From NCBI GenBank assembly GCA_026770705.1, contig JANJGN010000021.1, forward strand, positions 48,608,001 through 48,672,000: DNA of 64,000 bases. The letters run 5' to 3'. Positions within the stretch are counted from its first letter, which is position 1. Each line of letters begins with the position of its first letter. Source of the DNA: Isurus oxyrinchus. Lineage: Eukaryota. This document shows positions 13,699-25,383 of the stretch, in pieces. The position numbers and the translations under genes were made by a program. Below the pieces are notes generated by a model, which saw only the letters and a program-made list of their open reading frames with translations, did no database searches and had not been told where the DNA came from.

Positions 13699-13834
13699 AA
13701 GTTCTGTCGAAGAGTCATGAGGACTCGAAACGTCAACTCTTTTCTTCTCCGCCGATGCTGCCAGACCTGCTGAGTTTTTCCAGGTAATTCTGTTTTTGTT
13801 TTGGATTTCCAGCATCTGCAGTTTTTTTGTTTTT
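13699..13834 (+). mobile_element. 136-bp Penelope-derived mini-insertion (hammerhead motif plus tail)
   Basis: 11-bp TSD atcattgtctc (13688-13698 and 13835-13845); sequence matches the 3' end of the PLE copies. Confidence 0.85.
13700..13738 (+). ncRNA. putative minimal type I hammerhead ribozyme (variant core)
   Basis: Stem I AGTT/AACT, core CTGTCGA, stem II GAGTC/GACTC, GAAA-CG-TC with palindromic ACGT; predicted cleavage after C13734. Confidence 0.6.
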
Positions 13835-14119
13835 ATCATTGTCTCTGTGTCCGTAAACATTCCTCATCTGTGACACTTCACTGGCATCTTATTTTCTGTA
13901 ACATTCGCTGGCATTGTGTTTTGCTGATTGGCCCTATTTTTTTTCCTGATCAGCAACAAATCAGGAATCAACTAATAAATATAAAATAATCAGAAACTGA
14001 ATCTATTAAATCAATACAAAAAAATTCAAACCTCTTTTGGCTGCGGCAAATGGAATCTCCCTGAGGCCTTTTCTGGTTCCTTGGAACTAATTTCAGCATC
14101 CTCAGAATGCTGTTTCCCC

Positions 14120-14470
14120 ATCCCTGTCACTACCCAGGTGAGACTGATTCTTGTGGCCTTAAGGCCCTGTGTATAAGGGAGCATCCAAAACTGCACTCAG
14201 CAGTCCAACTGTGGAGTAGCAGAAGATCTGCATACATTTATCATTATTTCTTTACTCTTGCAATTTAAGCCTCAATCACAAAATGCTGATGGCCTTATGA
14301 TGTTATCAATTGTACTTTCAGGGAATTATGAATTTGAAGCCAATCTCTCTATTCATCTGCATCTTTCAACATCTTTCCATTGAGATTATATTTCCATGCT
14401 GTTTTCCTCCAAATTATTACTTCACACAGCTTAAATGACTTAAATTGTATCTGCCCCACTTGCTGTGCAT
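14120..14470 (-). mobile_element. old CR1 RT fragment
   Basis: The minus strand retains a PQLDC*VQFW-like version of the CR1 motif RPHLEYCVQFW. Confidence 0.5.
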
Positions 14471-14574
14471 TCCAGTAACTTCTCATTTTACAGCTCTCCT
14501 TGCTGTTTTACCAAACTTCCTGCTTTGGTAGAGTCAGTAAGTTTTGCGACTGTGCTGCCAAGGCAGAAGTCAAA

Positions 14575-14812
14575 TCATCTTTATAAAGCCAGCAGCAATG
14601 ACAAACCATACGGAATGTCCCAAGGCACTCAACAGAAAAATAAGGAGGAATAGATACTGAACCATGAGAGAGAGATTAGGTGAGGTGACTGGAGGATTGT
14701 TTCAAAAAGATGGGTTTTGAAGAAAAACTGAAGTAGAGTGGTCAGATGGGTTTAAGGAAGGATTTCCAGAACTTATGACCAAGGTATCTGAAGGATGTGC
14801 CGCTGAGGGTGG
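14575..14812 (-). mobile_element. L2-like LINE 3' end (degraded)
   Basis: gtcccaaggcactc...gggtttaaggaaggatttccaga pattern resembling recalled L2 3' ends; shares the tail motif with the Deu-type SINE. Confidence 0.5.
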
Positions 14813-14899
14813 ATTATTAATTGTGCTAGCACCTAATTTTTTATGGGAGATAGTTCCACACTTTTACCAACCTTTATGAGAAGGTTTCTTCCTAATTTC

Positions 14900-15290
14900 T
14901 CACCTGAAGGACCTGATTCTGATGTTTTCTCTACTTTCCTGGTTTCACTTATCTTTCTTAAATAATGACTTACATTTGCAATTTTCGAATTTACCCGGAC
15001 AATTTCTGAACCGAGAGCACTTTGAAAGGTTGCGGCTGACACATCTGTGATTTCCATACCGGTTTCCTTTAAAACGTGGCTGGCAACCATTACATCATAG
15101 GGATTTGTCATCATTTAGTACCAATTATTTTTCTAATACTGTTTGCTTACTTATGTTATCTTTAGTGAGTTACAGTCTTTGATTCATTATTAATTTCACT
15201 GGAATGTCAGGCATATTATCCACTACCTGTACTGAGAATACTGACACAATGTGATTCTTCAACAAGTTGTCCATTTCCTTATTTTCATTT
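14900..15290 (-). mobile_element. old CR1 ORF2 fragment
   Basis: ORF HVLKETGMEITDVSAATFQSALGSEIVRVNSKIANV, homologous to the HPRALKEVANEV...FQNSLDFG region at 22331-22855. Confidence 0.6.
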
Positions 15291-16019
15291 GTTTTTAAAA
15301 CGTCATTATGACTACCATTTTTCTTCTAATATAATAATTAAATTATATCTTTCTTGGCTTCATTTGTTGTTCACTCTCTCTCTGTATATAAAAATATATG
15401 GATCAAGAATTTTTTGGCACTTTTGTATTCTATTTCCTTTAACTTTATGTTATCTCTCACCTCTTCTGTCAACTATGACTGTTTAATTTGGTAAGTACAG
15501 CTTTTGCTCCTTGGAGCTAAAGACTGATCCTGTCGGAAGCGAAATCATTTCTCAAAAACCACTTAATGTTGTAAGATTTGGCCCAGCCATAGCTTATCCA
15601 AAAAGGGGGTCAAAGTCATAGTGAATTGAAAGCAGTTTCTTCAGTTCATTTAGATATGATACATAAGCTAAATAGAAAAGGCATATCGCCAATTACAAAT
15701 GAGAATGGTTCATCCAGATTGGATGAACAGATGGGGGAAGGGGGGATGCTGATCTCCCTGGCTGAAAATGGCAGTCCACCGAGAACGGTTTACTGGCCCT
15801 GGATTGGATGAGCAGACGAATGAAACTGATCTCTGTAGCAGGAGGTGGAAGACTCTTTTGCTCTTGATCTTCTTGAGCTAGCCAAAGTGTTAGGCCAAAA
15901 CTAGTACGGAAAGATCTATCTTGTCCAAAGTGGCTTTCTCTCTCTCAAAAGCCTGTTTCAACCTCAATTCCAGATTACTTTCTGTTATCGACATCCCCTA
16001 TTACTAATGTTGTAATATA

Positions 16020-16272
16020 GGGGGAAATTAGCAAGCTTTTTTATGCAATGAATTATGATGGTGATCTGGAATGCACTGCCTGAAAGAGTGATGGGAGCAG
16101 ATTCATAAATAGCTTTCAAAAAGGGTTTGGGGATATACTTAAAAAGGAGAAATTTGCAGGGCTATGTGGGGAAGAGCAGGGGTGTAGAACTAATCAGCCA
16201 GTTTTTTCAAAGAGCTGGCACACAAATGATGGTCTGAATGACCTCCTTCTGTATTTTATAATTCTATGATTC
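16020..16272 (+). mobile_element. CR1 3' end
   Basis: WNALPERVMGADS*IAFKKGL motif followed by the CR1 3' UTR ending attctatgattct. Confidence 0.7.
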
Positions 16273-16427
16273 TAAATTGAATCATGTTTTCTTGACACTG
16301 TGGATTACATTGACAAGATCAACAGACCACATGTTCTCTAATTGATAGGGTGTGACAAACACTGTTCCCCAGGTATCTGTATTAGGATGTCTGCTTTTCT
16401 TCATATATTTCAATAAAAATAATAAGA

Positions 16428-16895
16428 AAGACTTGTATTTATATAGTGCTTTTCATGACCTAAGGATGTCTTAAAATGCTTTACAAGCAATAAAGTCCTT
16501 TTTTGAAATGTAGCCACTATTGTAATGTAGGAAATGAAGCAGCCAATTTGCACACAGCAAGCTCCCACAAACACCATGTGATGATGACCAGGTAATCTGA
16601 TTTTGTGATGTTTTGTTGGAAAAACATTGGCTGAGACACGGGATAACTCCCCTGCTCTTCTTTAAAATAATGCCATGGACTCTCATACATCTACCCAAAC
16701 CGGCAGATGGGGTCTCAGTTTAACAGCTCATCCAAAAGACAGCATCACCAACATTTCAGCAGCCTCTCAGTATTGGATGGAGTGCTAACCGTAACTCTTC
16801 ATTCAAGCCCACAAATGGGACTAACCCTAACCCTAGGTTGGACCCAGCACCTTGCAACTCAAAGGCAAGAGGGCTACCAACTAAGATACAGCTAA
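16428..16895 (-). mobile_element. Deu-domain SINE (SacSINE1/AmnSINE-like)
   Basis: The minus strand has ggatgagctgttaaactgagaccccatctgcc...ccatggcattat...agagcaggggagttatccc...gtgggagcttgctgtgtgcaaattggctgc and an L2-like tail. Tail fragments also occur near 26960-27080, 44400-44497 and 57660-57785. Confidence 0.7.
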
Positions 16896-16989
16896 CAATA
16901 AGTTAAATAAAGGAAGAGAGAGTTGTATATCTAACTGTGAAGCCATCAATTTACAACGCAAGAATGACAACGTTGATTTTTTTTGTAAA

Positions 16990-17445
16990 TGGGAATAGAT
17001 TAGGAACTATAATATTCCTAATATATGCCACTATGTACACAGGTCACCAAAAACTAGTGAACAGGTAGAAACAGTATCAAAAAAGGTGAATGGAATGTTA
17101 GCCTTTTCCTCAAGGGACTTGGAAGTATAATTTGGAAGAAGTTATGGTTCAGTATCGAGCTTTGGTCAGACCCACCTGGAGCGCTGTGTTCACTTCTGGG
17201 CACTGCACCTCAACTAGGATATATTGGCCTTGGAAGGCTAAAACACAATTTCATCGGAATCAATAGGACGGGTTGCACAAAGTTAGCATGAATGCCCTTG
17301 AGATTAGAAGGGGTTGAGGGATGATCTAATTGAGATTTTTAAAATGATGAAGAGATACCGTAGGGCAGATGCAAAGAAACAGTTTCTTCTGATGTGGGAA
17401 TTCAGAACAGAGAGGCCAGAGTGTTAAAATTAAAGAAGTGTAGTG
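16990..17445 (+). mobile_element. CR1 RT C-terminal fragment
   Basis: YRALVRP.LERCVHFWALHLN*DILALEG-like remnant. Confidence 0.65.
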
Positions 17446-19325
17446 GAAATCTGAAACTCTCTTCCCATATTCCTCTGTATCAACAAGATGCTTGAACTTA
17501 CAATCCACTTTCTGCATCAATTTTTCCAGCGACGACTTTGAGGGAGGATAAGTGGGTGGGGCTAAGGACAATGGAATGGGGGGAATGTCCAATGAATTAT
17601 TTTCTCCTTTAGCCCAAGAATTCTGCAGAGAGTTGCACTTTCATTGCTCTCAGGACTGAGATTGGCTCACTCAGCACAGCCCAGGATTCTGGGAAGGTCA
17701 AGTGAATGGAATCACAGCTACAGATGTGCACAGACAGATGTGCTCTCTGTATCAGATGACTTCACAAGTTATAGGCTGCAGTGAACGCACTAATGAAAGT
17801 GGATCTGCACAGTAAATTGCACAAAATTTACATCTAAATGGGCCTGATTTCAACATTAGACTGCTCGATTAAATTCTAATCAATTCTCAGCCTATACTTT
17901 TTTATTTCAGAGAGAAAGCTTTGCTGCTCTGATGAGCTTTTCTGTTATAATTTGTGTATCTATTTCTCTGAAACCTATTAATCATTTTTTCAAAAGTGTA
18001 ACAAAATATCACCATTTTCCCCCATCTGAATTCTGCTGATAAAAGCTGGTTCCAAATACACAGAAAGCAATCAAGGTTCAGATCGAAGTATGGGGGCTTC
18101 TAAAATGAGCATGGCAATTCCCCCAAACCTTCTCAGGCAGCAGATCCCCAGGAAACCCCAGCACACCACCCCCACAACCCCTCACAATGCACCCGTCCCC
18201 ACCACCCCGCCCCCCCCCCCCCCCCCCCGCCCTGCTGCCCCTCCTAGAAATATTTGTTTCTGTCAAAGTTGAAGACTCCTGTCGAAATTTCTGACATTCT
18301 GCTCTGGAACTCCAAGCTCCCAAGAGGTAGAGGGGCAAAATATATTTTCCAATGCCTTGTGCCAACACCCACTATCTGTACTGCCAGCAGGAGGCACATC
18401 ATACATTCCATTTTGTGCATTACTAAAGAGGCCTTTTCTGCTTTCATTTCGCATTTCCATCAACTTCAGTTTTTTTGCTTTTTGTTGACAGCTTGGGGGT
18501 TTGGAACCTGTTAATTTTTGTGTGAAACAGGTTTCAAGGAGGTGGAATGGCAGAAAACTTGATTGGCAGTCCTACTGGCCAACCAGTGGACAGAGGGAGG
18601 GATCAAACACTTCTCACTTTGTATGGGGCAGGGAGCGAGAGAATAAAGGCCCACAATTTGGAGGTCAGTTCATCTAACAGAGAGCGGCATCTAAGGTTGA
18701 AGCAGGCTACTTTAATATTGAAGTTGGCCTGGTTGTACAGATTTGGTGTAGATGCTGATTGTAATAAGGGATATGCACTTTGAGTTGAAATAAGTGAGAT
18801 TTGTTATAACTGTTATTCAGTAAATTTGTTTTCTAATTGTAAAATAGTGATTAATAATTTGTGGCTGTTCATTCCACGTTTTTAGTCTGCCACCTCATTG
18901 AACTTTGGAGAAGTGCCATTAGGAAAAATGTGAAGGACGTAGTGTCCAAGTATTCATTATTATTATAACAAAGGTCATATAAGTGCAGGCAATGCAAGTG
19001 AACTCCCAAATCTGAGAGATACAGGCTTCACTTACAGGATGGTTGAACCTGAAAGAATCTCAAAGCTAGATGAAAATTTAAAACAATGTACAAGTCCAAA
19101 GATTTATTTTATTATTGAAAGTTGAGTATGACCCTATTATAGATGAGTCATTGTGATGGATGATGTACTGTAGTTCATTTGGAGCTCTCAGTTCTTCGCT
19201 CTCATCTCTCAGGCTCCAGGTCTCCTGTTCTGTCAAGCTTCCAGTCTCATTTTGCCAATCTTATGTTTCCACCTCAGGTTCCCAATCATCTCCTTTGAGC
19301 TCTCAATGTCCCATGTCCTTTCTAA

Positions 19326-20760
19326 GGGCAGAACTTTAACTGTCAACGGTGGGCAAGATGGGTAGGTTTGGGTGTAGGCAGAGGGTTAAAGCTCTGAAAA
19401 GTGGTCAAGGACCAAACATGATCCCACCTACTTCCTTTAACCTATGTGGGCTTGCAGGTGAGTCGGGAGCCCCCATGGAGATGTCGGGCAATTTCAATAC
19501 GTAAATCCACAATTAATTCAGGATTTGAACCAGCCTCCTGGCTTTAACACCCTGTGCATGGGTTTCTTGAGCTGCATGGAACTCATCAGAATCAATTAGG
19601 TGAGAACATAGAGGACAGTCAATGTAATTGACAGGCTGGGTAGCCTTCAAAGAGTGAAACTGATTAGCCAGAACCCTGCCTAAGAGAGAACCTCCTCTTC
19701 TGAGAATGTGCTTCTGCTGCTTGACAACTGACTTCCAACTTCTTGGGAGTCAGTTGTCAGTTCACTGGTCTTGCACTTCACTCACCCGCCAGCTGCACTT
19801 CCCTGCTCTCAACCTTCACTACAGCTTGGGAGTGCACCAACTGCAGCAAATCACTTCTCTAGTCATCTCATCCCTCCATCTGGTGGTCCTAAATTCTGAG
19901 TCACAATCTGTTAAATAGGTGCCCCCTGCAAACATTTTCAAATTGTCTGTAAATACAATTCTTGAAGCTCAGTTCAGTAGTAATCAGGATAACAACATTG
20001 GATTTGGTTGACAGGTTCTTGCTCCTGGTGAACTCTCAGGACATATTTGCGATAGGTTTGTACATAACAGTCTGGTCCATTGGCGTGTGGTATAGTTCAT
20101 TTCAAAGGCGATGCAGTTCTGCCCGTGCTATCTGCCTTTGATAGTACTGCATATGTTCGCTCAGCTTCATTTGAATGTTATCACCCTGCTCTGGGCAGAA
20201 ACTTTCTCTTGACCGTGCCATAAAGCGTAAGGGCCTTTCTCTGGTCAGGTAATCCTTTTGGCAGTCTTGAACATTTCTTGGGCTGCATATATTTGGTCTC
20301 TTGTGAGTGCACCACCACCAACAACAACAGGAGTGTACCAGCAGCAGCATCAGCTGCCTTCTCCTCAGCCACATGCTGCTTTGCGGGACACAGGAAATGG
20401 ACACAGTGATCCAGCTCAAAGTCGGCGAGACTCCCAATGGGTCTTCAAGTGCAGGATCAGTTCTCTTGACATGTGTGAGCCTGTGCCTCAGGCAACTCCG
20501 GCACTCATGGCAGGTATCTACAACTGCTTGGAACAAGACCTCCTTCGCAATGGCCCAGATAGACACGCATTGCCTAAGGGCATTATGGTGCCTGTAACTG
20601 GAAGCTCCCTCTCCAAACCCTACAGCAGGTTCTCAGTCTCTCCCTGGAGTTCTGCACTCTCCTCTTGCAAGGAGAGAAAGCACAGTTGTAAGTGTAAGAA
20701 ATAGCTTGTGTAGAGAGGAAGTGAAACAAATGCGGGGGATCCCTGGCTGATTTCTGCCCC
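19326..20760 (+). mobile_element. PIF/Harbinger element remnant with transposase N-terminal fragment
   Basis: Starts TAA|gggcagaa. 20330-20610 reads QSRRDSQWVFKCRISSLDMCE..CLRQLRHSWQV..IYNCLEQDLLRNGPDRHALP, like HARBI1-type transposases. Related to 27676-28255 plus 35820-36304. Confidence 0.6.
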
Positions 20761-20769
20761 TCCAATATA

Positions 20770-23170
20770 ATATAAGAACATAAGAAATAGGAACGAGTGT
20801 AGACCATTCGGCCCCTCGAGCCTGCTCCGCCATTCAATAAGATCATGGCTGATCTCCTTGTGTTTCGATTTCCACTTTCCCATCTAACCCCGACAACCTT
20901 TGATTCCCTTGCCTAACAAGAATCTATCTACCTCTACCTTAAAAATGTTTAATGACCCCGCCTCCACCACCTTCTGATGCAGGGAATTCCAAAGTCGCAC
21001 AACCCTCTGAGAGAAAAAAATTCTCCTCATCTCTGTCCTAAAAGGGTGACCCCTAATTTTAAAACAGTGGCCCCTAGCTCTGGACTCACCCACAAGCGGA
21101 AACATCCTTTCCACATCCACTTTGTCAAGACCATTCAGGATCTTTTAAACTTCAATCAAATCACACCTCTCTCTTCTAAACTCCAGTGGAAACAAGCCCA
21201 GTCTGTCCAACCTGTCCTAATAAGACAACCCACTTATTCCAGGTATCAATCTAGTAAACCTCATTTGAACCACCTCCAATGCATTTACATCCTTCCTTAA
21301 ATAAGGAGACCAAAACTGCACACAGTATTCGAGATGCGGTCTCACCAATGCCCTGTATAACTGAAGCATAATATCCTTATTTTTATGTTCAATCCCTCTA
21401 GTAATAAAGGATATTATTCCATTAGTCTTCTTAATTACTTGCTGTACCTGCACACTAGCTTTTTGTGACTCATATACTAGGACACCTAGATCCCTCTGCA
21501 CCTCAGAATAATGCAGCCATTCTCCATTTAAGTAATATTCTGCTTTTTTGTTCATCCTGCCAAAATGAACAACTTCACATTTTCCCATAGTAAACTCCAT
21601 GTGCCAGACCTTTGCCCACTCACTCAATCTATCCATATCCATCTACAAACTCATGTCCTTTTCACAACATACTGTCTTACCTATCATTGTATCATGTGCA
21701 AATTTAGCTACCATGTCTTCACTCCCCTCATCTAAGTCATTGATGTAAATTGTAAAAAGTTGAGGCCCCAGTACAGACTCGCTCCTGCAGGATTCCACTC
21801 ATCACATCCTGCCAATCAGAAAAAGACCATTTATGCATGCTCTCTGCTTTCTGCCAGCCAGCCAGCCAATCTTCTGAGCTCTGCTGAAGGGTCATAAGGA
21901 CTCGAAATGTCAACTCTTTTCTTCTCCGCCGATGCTGCCAGACCGGCTGAGTTTTACCAGGTAATTCTATTTTTGTTTTGGATTTCCAGCATCCGCAATT
22001 TTTTGTTTTTATTATTTTTAGCCAATCTTCTTTCCATGCTAATATGTTACCCACTACACCATGAGCTTTTCTTTTCTGTAATAATCTTTGATGTGGAATC
22101 TTATCAAATGCCTTCTGGAAATCTAAGTACAGTACATCTACAGGCTCCCTTTTATCCACTGCTCATCTTACACCTTCAAAAACTCCAATAAACTGGTTAA
22201 ACATGATTTTCCTTTCACAAGACCATGCTGACTATTCCCAATTGCCTTGAGCTCTTCCAAGTGCCCAGCTATGACCTTCTTAATGAACACTTCTAACAAC
22301 TTCCCCATGAATGAAGTCAAGTTAACTGGCCTACAGTTTTTTTGTTTTCTGCCTCCCTTCCTTCTTGAATAGAAGGGTTATATTTGTTACTTTCCAATCT
22401 GATGGAACCTTTCCAAAATCTAGTGAATTTTGGAAAATTAAAACCAGCGCATTGACCACCTCATTAGCCACCTCTTTTAAGGCCCTAGGGTGTAGTCCAA
22501 TGGGACGCAGAGACTTGCCAATCCGCAGCTCCATCAATTTGTTCAGTACCGTTTCCATAGTGATTTCAATTCCACCAAGTTCCTCTCTCCCTTTCACCTT
22601 CTGATTTGCAGCTATAACTGGGATGTTTTTTGGATCCTCTATAGTGAACACAGAAGCAAAATATTTCTTCCTTTCTTCCGCCATTTCCTTATTATATATT
22701 AACTCCCCTCTGTCACTCTCTAGAGAACCAATACTCACTTTCCTTACTCTTTTCCTTTTTAAATACCCGTAGAAACGCTTGCTATCCATTTTTACATTTC
22801 TAGCTAGCTTCCTCTCATACTCTAATTTCTTTCTCCTTATTAACCTTTTAGTCATTCTCTGCTGTTCTTTATATTCTGTTCAATCATTTGTCCAGCCACT
22901 CATCTTTGCGGAGTTGCATGCTTTTTCCTTAAGTTTGATGCTTTCCTTAACATCTCTAGTTAACCAAAGGTGGTGGGTCCTCCCCTTAGAATTTTTCTTT
23001 ATAGTAGGAATGTACATATTCTGAACACTCTGAAATATCCTCTTAAATGTATGCCATGCTCCTCTATTGATCAATCCTCTAGCCTAGTTTCTCAGTTCAC
23101 TTCAGCTAGCTCAGTTTTCATCCCCATATAGTTGCCCTTTTTTAAGTTTAAGATAGTAATCTTAGACTCC
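20770..23170 (-). mobile_element. CR1 (HER1-type) LINE, 5'-truncated ORF2
   Basis: ORFs with VDVLYLDFQKAFDKIPHQRLL, YRALVRPHLEYCVQFWSPYLRKD and FFSQRVVRLWNSL; 3' tail at 20770-20880. Confidence 0.95.
21876..22019 (+). mobile_element. 144-bp Penelope-derived mini-insertion (hammerhead motif plus tail) inside CR1
   Basis: 12-bp TSD agccaatcttct (21864-21875 and 22020-22031); interrupts the CR1 RT at WxEDW|LA. Confidence 0.85.
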
Positions 23171-23639
23171 ACTTGCCCTCATCACTCCACCTCTCTTATC
23201 CTAGCTCATTGACAATGAAGCCAATTATAATAACTCTAGCATGGTCCAGCTGGTATCAGCTAACTGAGCACAGACTGATGACCAATCCTGGTCCTTGCAG
23301 GTGTGGTTGGTTCAGTACATTGCAGGTGAGTGCTTAAAGTACTTCACTTTTAAAGGTTGTGATGCACTGTGAATCAATCACTGCTTTACATCTTTATATG
23401 ACTTTGACTCTTTATTAATAGGTAGCCTGCAGTACATAAATTCAGCTGCAACTGGCAGTGCCAGGCTAATCACCATCACAGATTAGTAAAATATCAGTCA
23501 ATGGATATATGAAAGGTGAAGCTGAATTAAAATGTCACCCGTTTTCCCAGACATTGCCATACGCTCCATGTAACCGCGAATTCCTTGTAGCAAACATAAC
23601 TGTTGATAACTCTCCAGGCTAAAAGTAAACATATATTTT

Positions 23640-23934
23640 GTGTACCTATGTGTTCTATTGTACCATTGTCGTTGACATGTTTTGATGATCTGCTTCTATC
23701 ACTGCTTGTTTGTCCACACAACCACACACCCACCGCACCACCCCCCACCTCTCTCTCTCTCTATCTCTCCGCCCCCCACACACACACCTTAAAGCAGCTT
23801 ATATTTCAACTCTTTCTTGGATTCGAACTCAAGTTCTGTCGAAGGGTGATGAGGACTCGAAACGTCAACTCTTTTCTTCTCCGCCGATGCTGCCAGACCT
23901 GCTGAGTTTTTCCAGGTAATTCTGTTTTTGTTTT
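23640..23934 (+). mobile_element. Penelope-like element 3' UTR with hammerhead motif
   Basis: Homologous to 29688-29950 (reverse complement); motif agttctgtcgaagggtgatgaggactcgaaacgtcaact at 23832-23870. Confidence 0.8.
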
Positions 23935-24311
23935 ATATACTTTGTAAGTTTTGGCAAGCAAACAGTACATGAGAGGCGTACAATTAGTGATTAGTGTTGG
24001 CAGCTTAATGTTAGAAATGAAGCAACTGTCTCAATCCTTGAGTGAGTTGTAGCATATTATCTATAGCTATGCCTCAGACCAGTGGGGAGACAGAAGTGCT
24101 GGACAGAAGGTGAAAGGCATCTGTGTCTCACAGATTGGCAGATCTGCCCATTGTGTCAGAGAAAGTCAACTTGGAGCAGCGCTGGGACTAAACTCATGCA
24201 AGCAAACCAATAGAAATCATTTGCATATGAGGGGCAATTTTGTAAGTTCACACTTCACTGCAATGCATCACCAGCCAGAAATGCATATTTCCCTCAAGTA
24301 CAGAAGATTAA

Positions 24312-25036
24312 ATCAAAAGCAAAATACTGCAGATGCTGGAAATCTGAAATTAGAAACAACAAGATGCTGGAAATACTCAGTAGGTCAGGAAGACTTTGTG
24401 GTGAGAGAAAGAGTCAATGATCTTTCATCTGAACTGGGAAAGGTGAGAAATGTATGACGTTTTAAGGAAGTGAAAGGGAAAAAGAATAAAAGGGAAGCTC
24501 TGTGATAGGGTGGAAGACAGAAGAGATTAAATAACAAGAGGCTTGGTGGTGCAGGGCCAAAGAGAATGGTAATGGAACAAGTAAAGAAACAAAGGATGTG
24601 CCTGGAGGAGGTGTGAATGGCAGAATGAAAAGCAGCTGCTGTCTGAAAGCAAAAACATGAAAAAAATCAAAAATAAAATTGAATCCTGCAAAGCAAAGAA
24701 AAACAAAATGGGGGCAAAAGCTACAGAGTGAAATTATTGAACTCAGTGTTCAGTTCGGAAATGCTGGATCAATAGTTGTTGTTCCTTGAGCTTATGTGGC
24801 GCTTGTTTGGAACATTGCAGGATGCCAAGGCTGGAGAGGTCAGAGTGGGAACAAGATGCAGAATTAAAATGAAAGCAACATGCATTTGATCTCTCCAGAC
24901 TGCATTGTGAGAAGTGGATACAGTATATTAAATTGGAAGAAGTACAGGTAAATCACTGCTTCACCTGGAAGGAATATCTGGGGACTTACAGAGACAAGGT
25001 TAAAAAAAAAGCATCTCCTGCACTTGCATGGAAAGG
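24312..25036 (-). mobile_element. older Penelope-like element 3' part
   Basis: Tail aaagcaaaatactgcagatgctgg; minus strand FQVKQ*FTCTSSNLIYCIHFSQC (GIY-YIG start). Confidence 0.75.
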
Positions 25037-25039
25037 TTA

Positions 25040-25383
25040 AAAGATTAAATGGTGTTCGAACTGAGACGCTTAACATAATTTGAAAGATTTGATAGAGTTG
25101 AGAGAAACTATTTCCATTGTTGGGAGAGCCTAGAACAAGGGGCATAACCTTAAAATTAGAGCTAAACCATTCAGAGGTGATGTCAGAAGACATACCTTCA
25201 CATAAAGACTTAATGTGGAAAGCTGAAATTCCTTGTCCCAAAAAGCTGTTAAGGCTGGATGTCAATTGAAAACTTCAAAACAGTTAGATTTTTATTAGGT
25301 AAGAAGTTAAGAACAGATAAGCCATGATATAACTGAACTTCAGAACTGGCTCAAGGGGCTGGATGGCCAGTTCCTGTTTCTAT
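25040..25383 (+). mobile_element. CR1 3' fragment
   Basis: KLFPLLGEPRTRGITLKLELNHS remnant and CR1 tail. Confidence 0.6.

Noticed and set aside
16821-16835. ctaaccctaaccct telomere-like motif
   Set aside because: Only two units inside a SINE; too short to call an interstitial telomere.
18509-18970. tgtta...taaca segment as a solo LTR
   Set aside because: No TSD and no second copy in the window.
19036-19048. Minus-strand 13-nt microexon candidate (tttcag|...|gtaagt)
   Set aside because: Not frame-preserving and no partner exons were identified.
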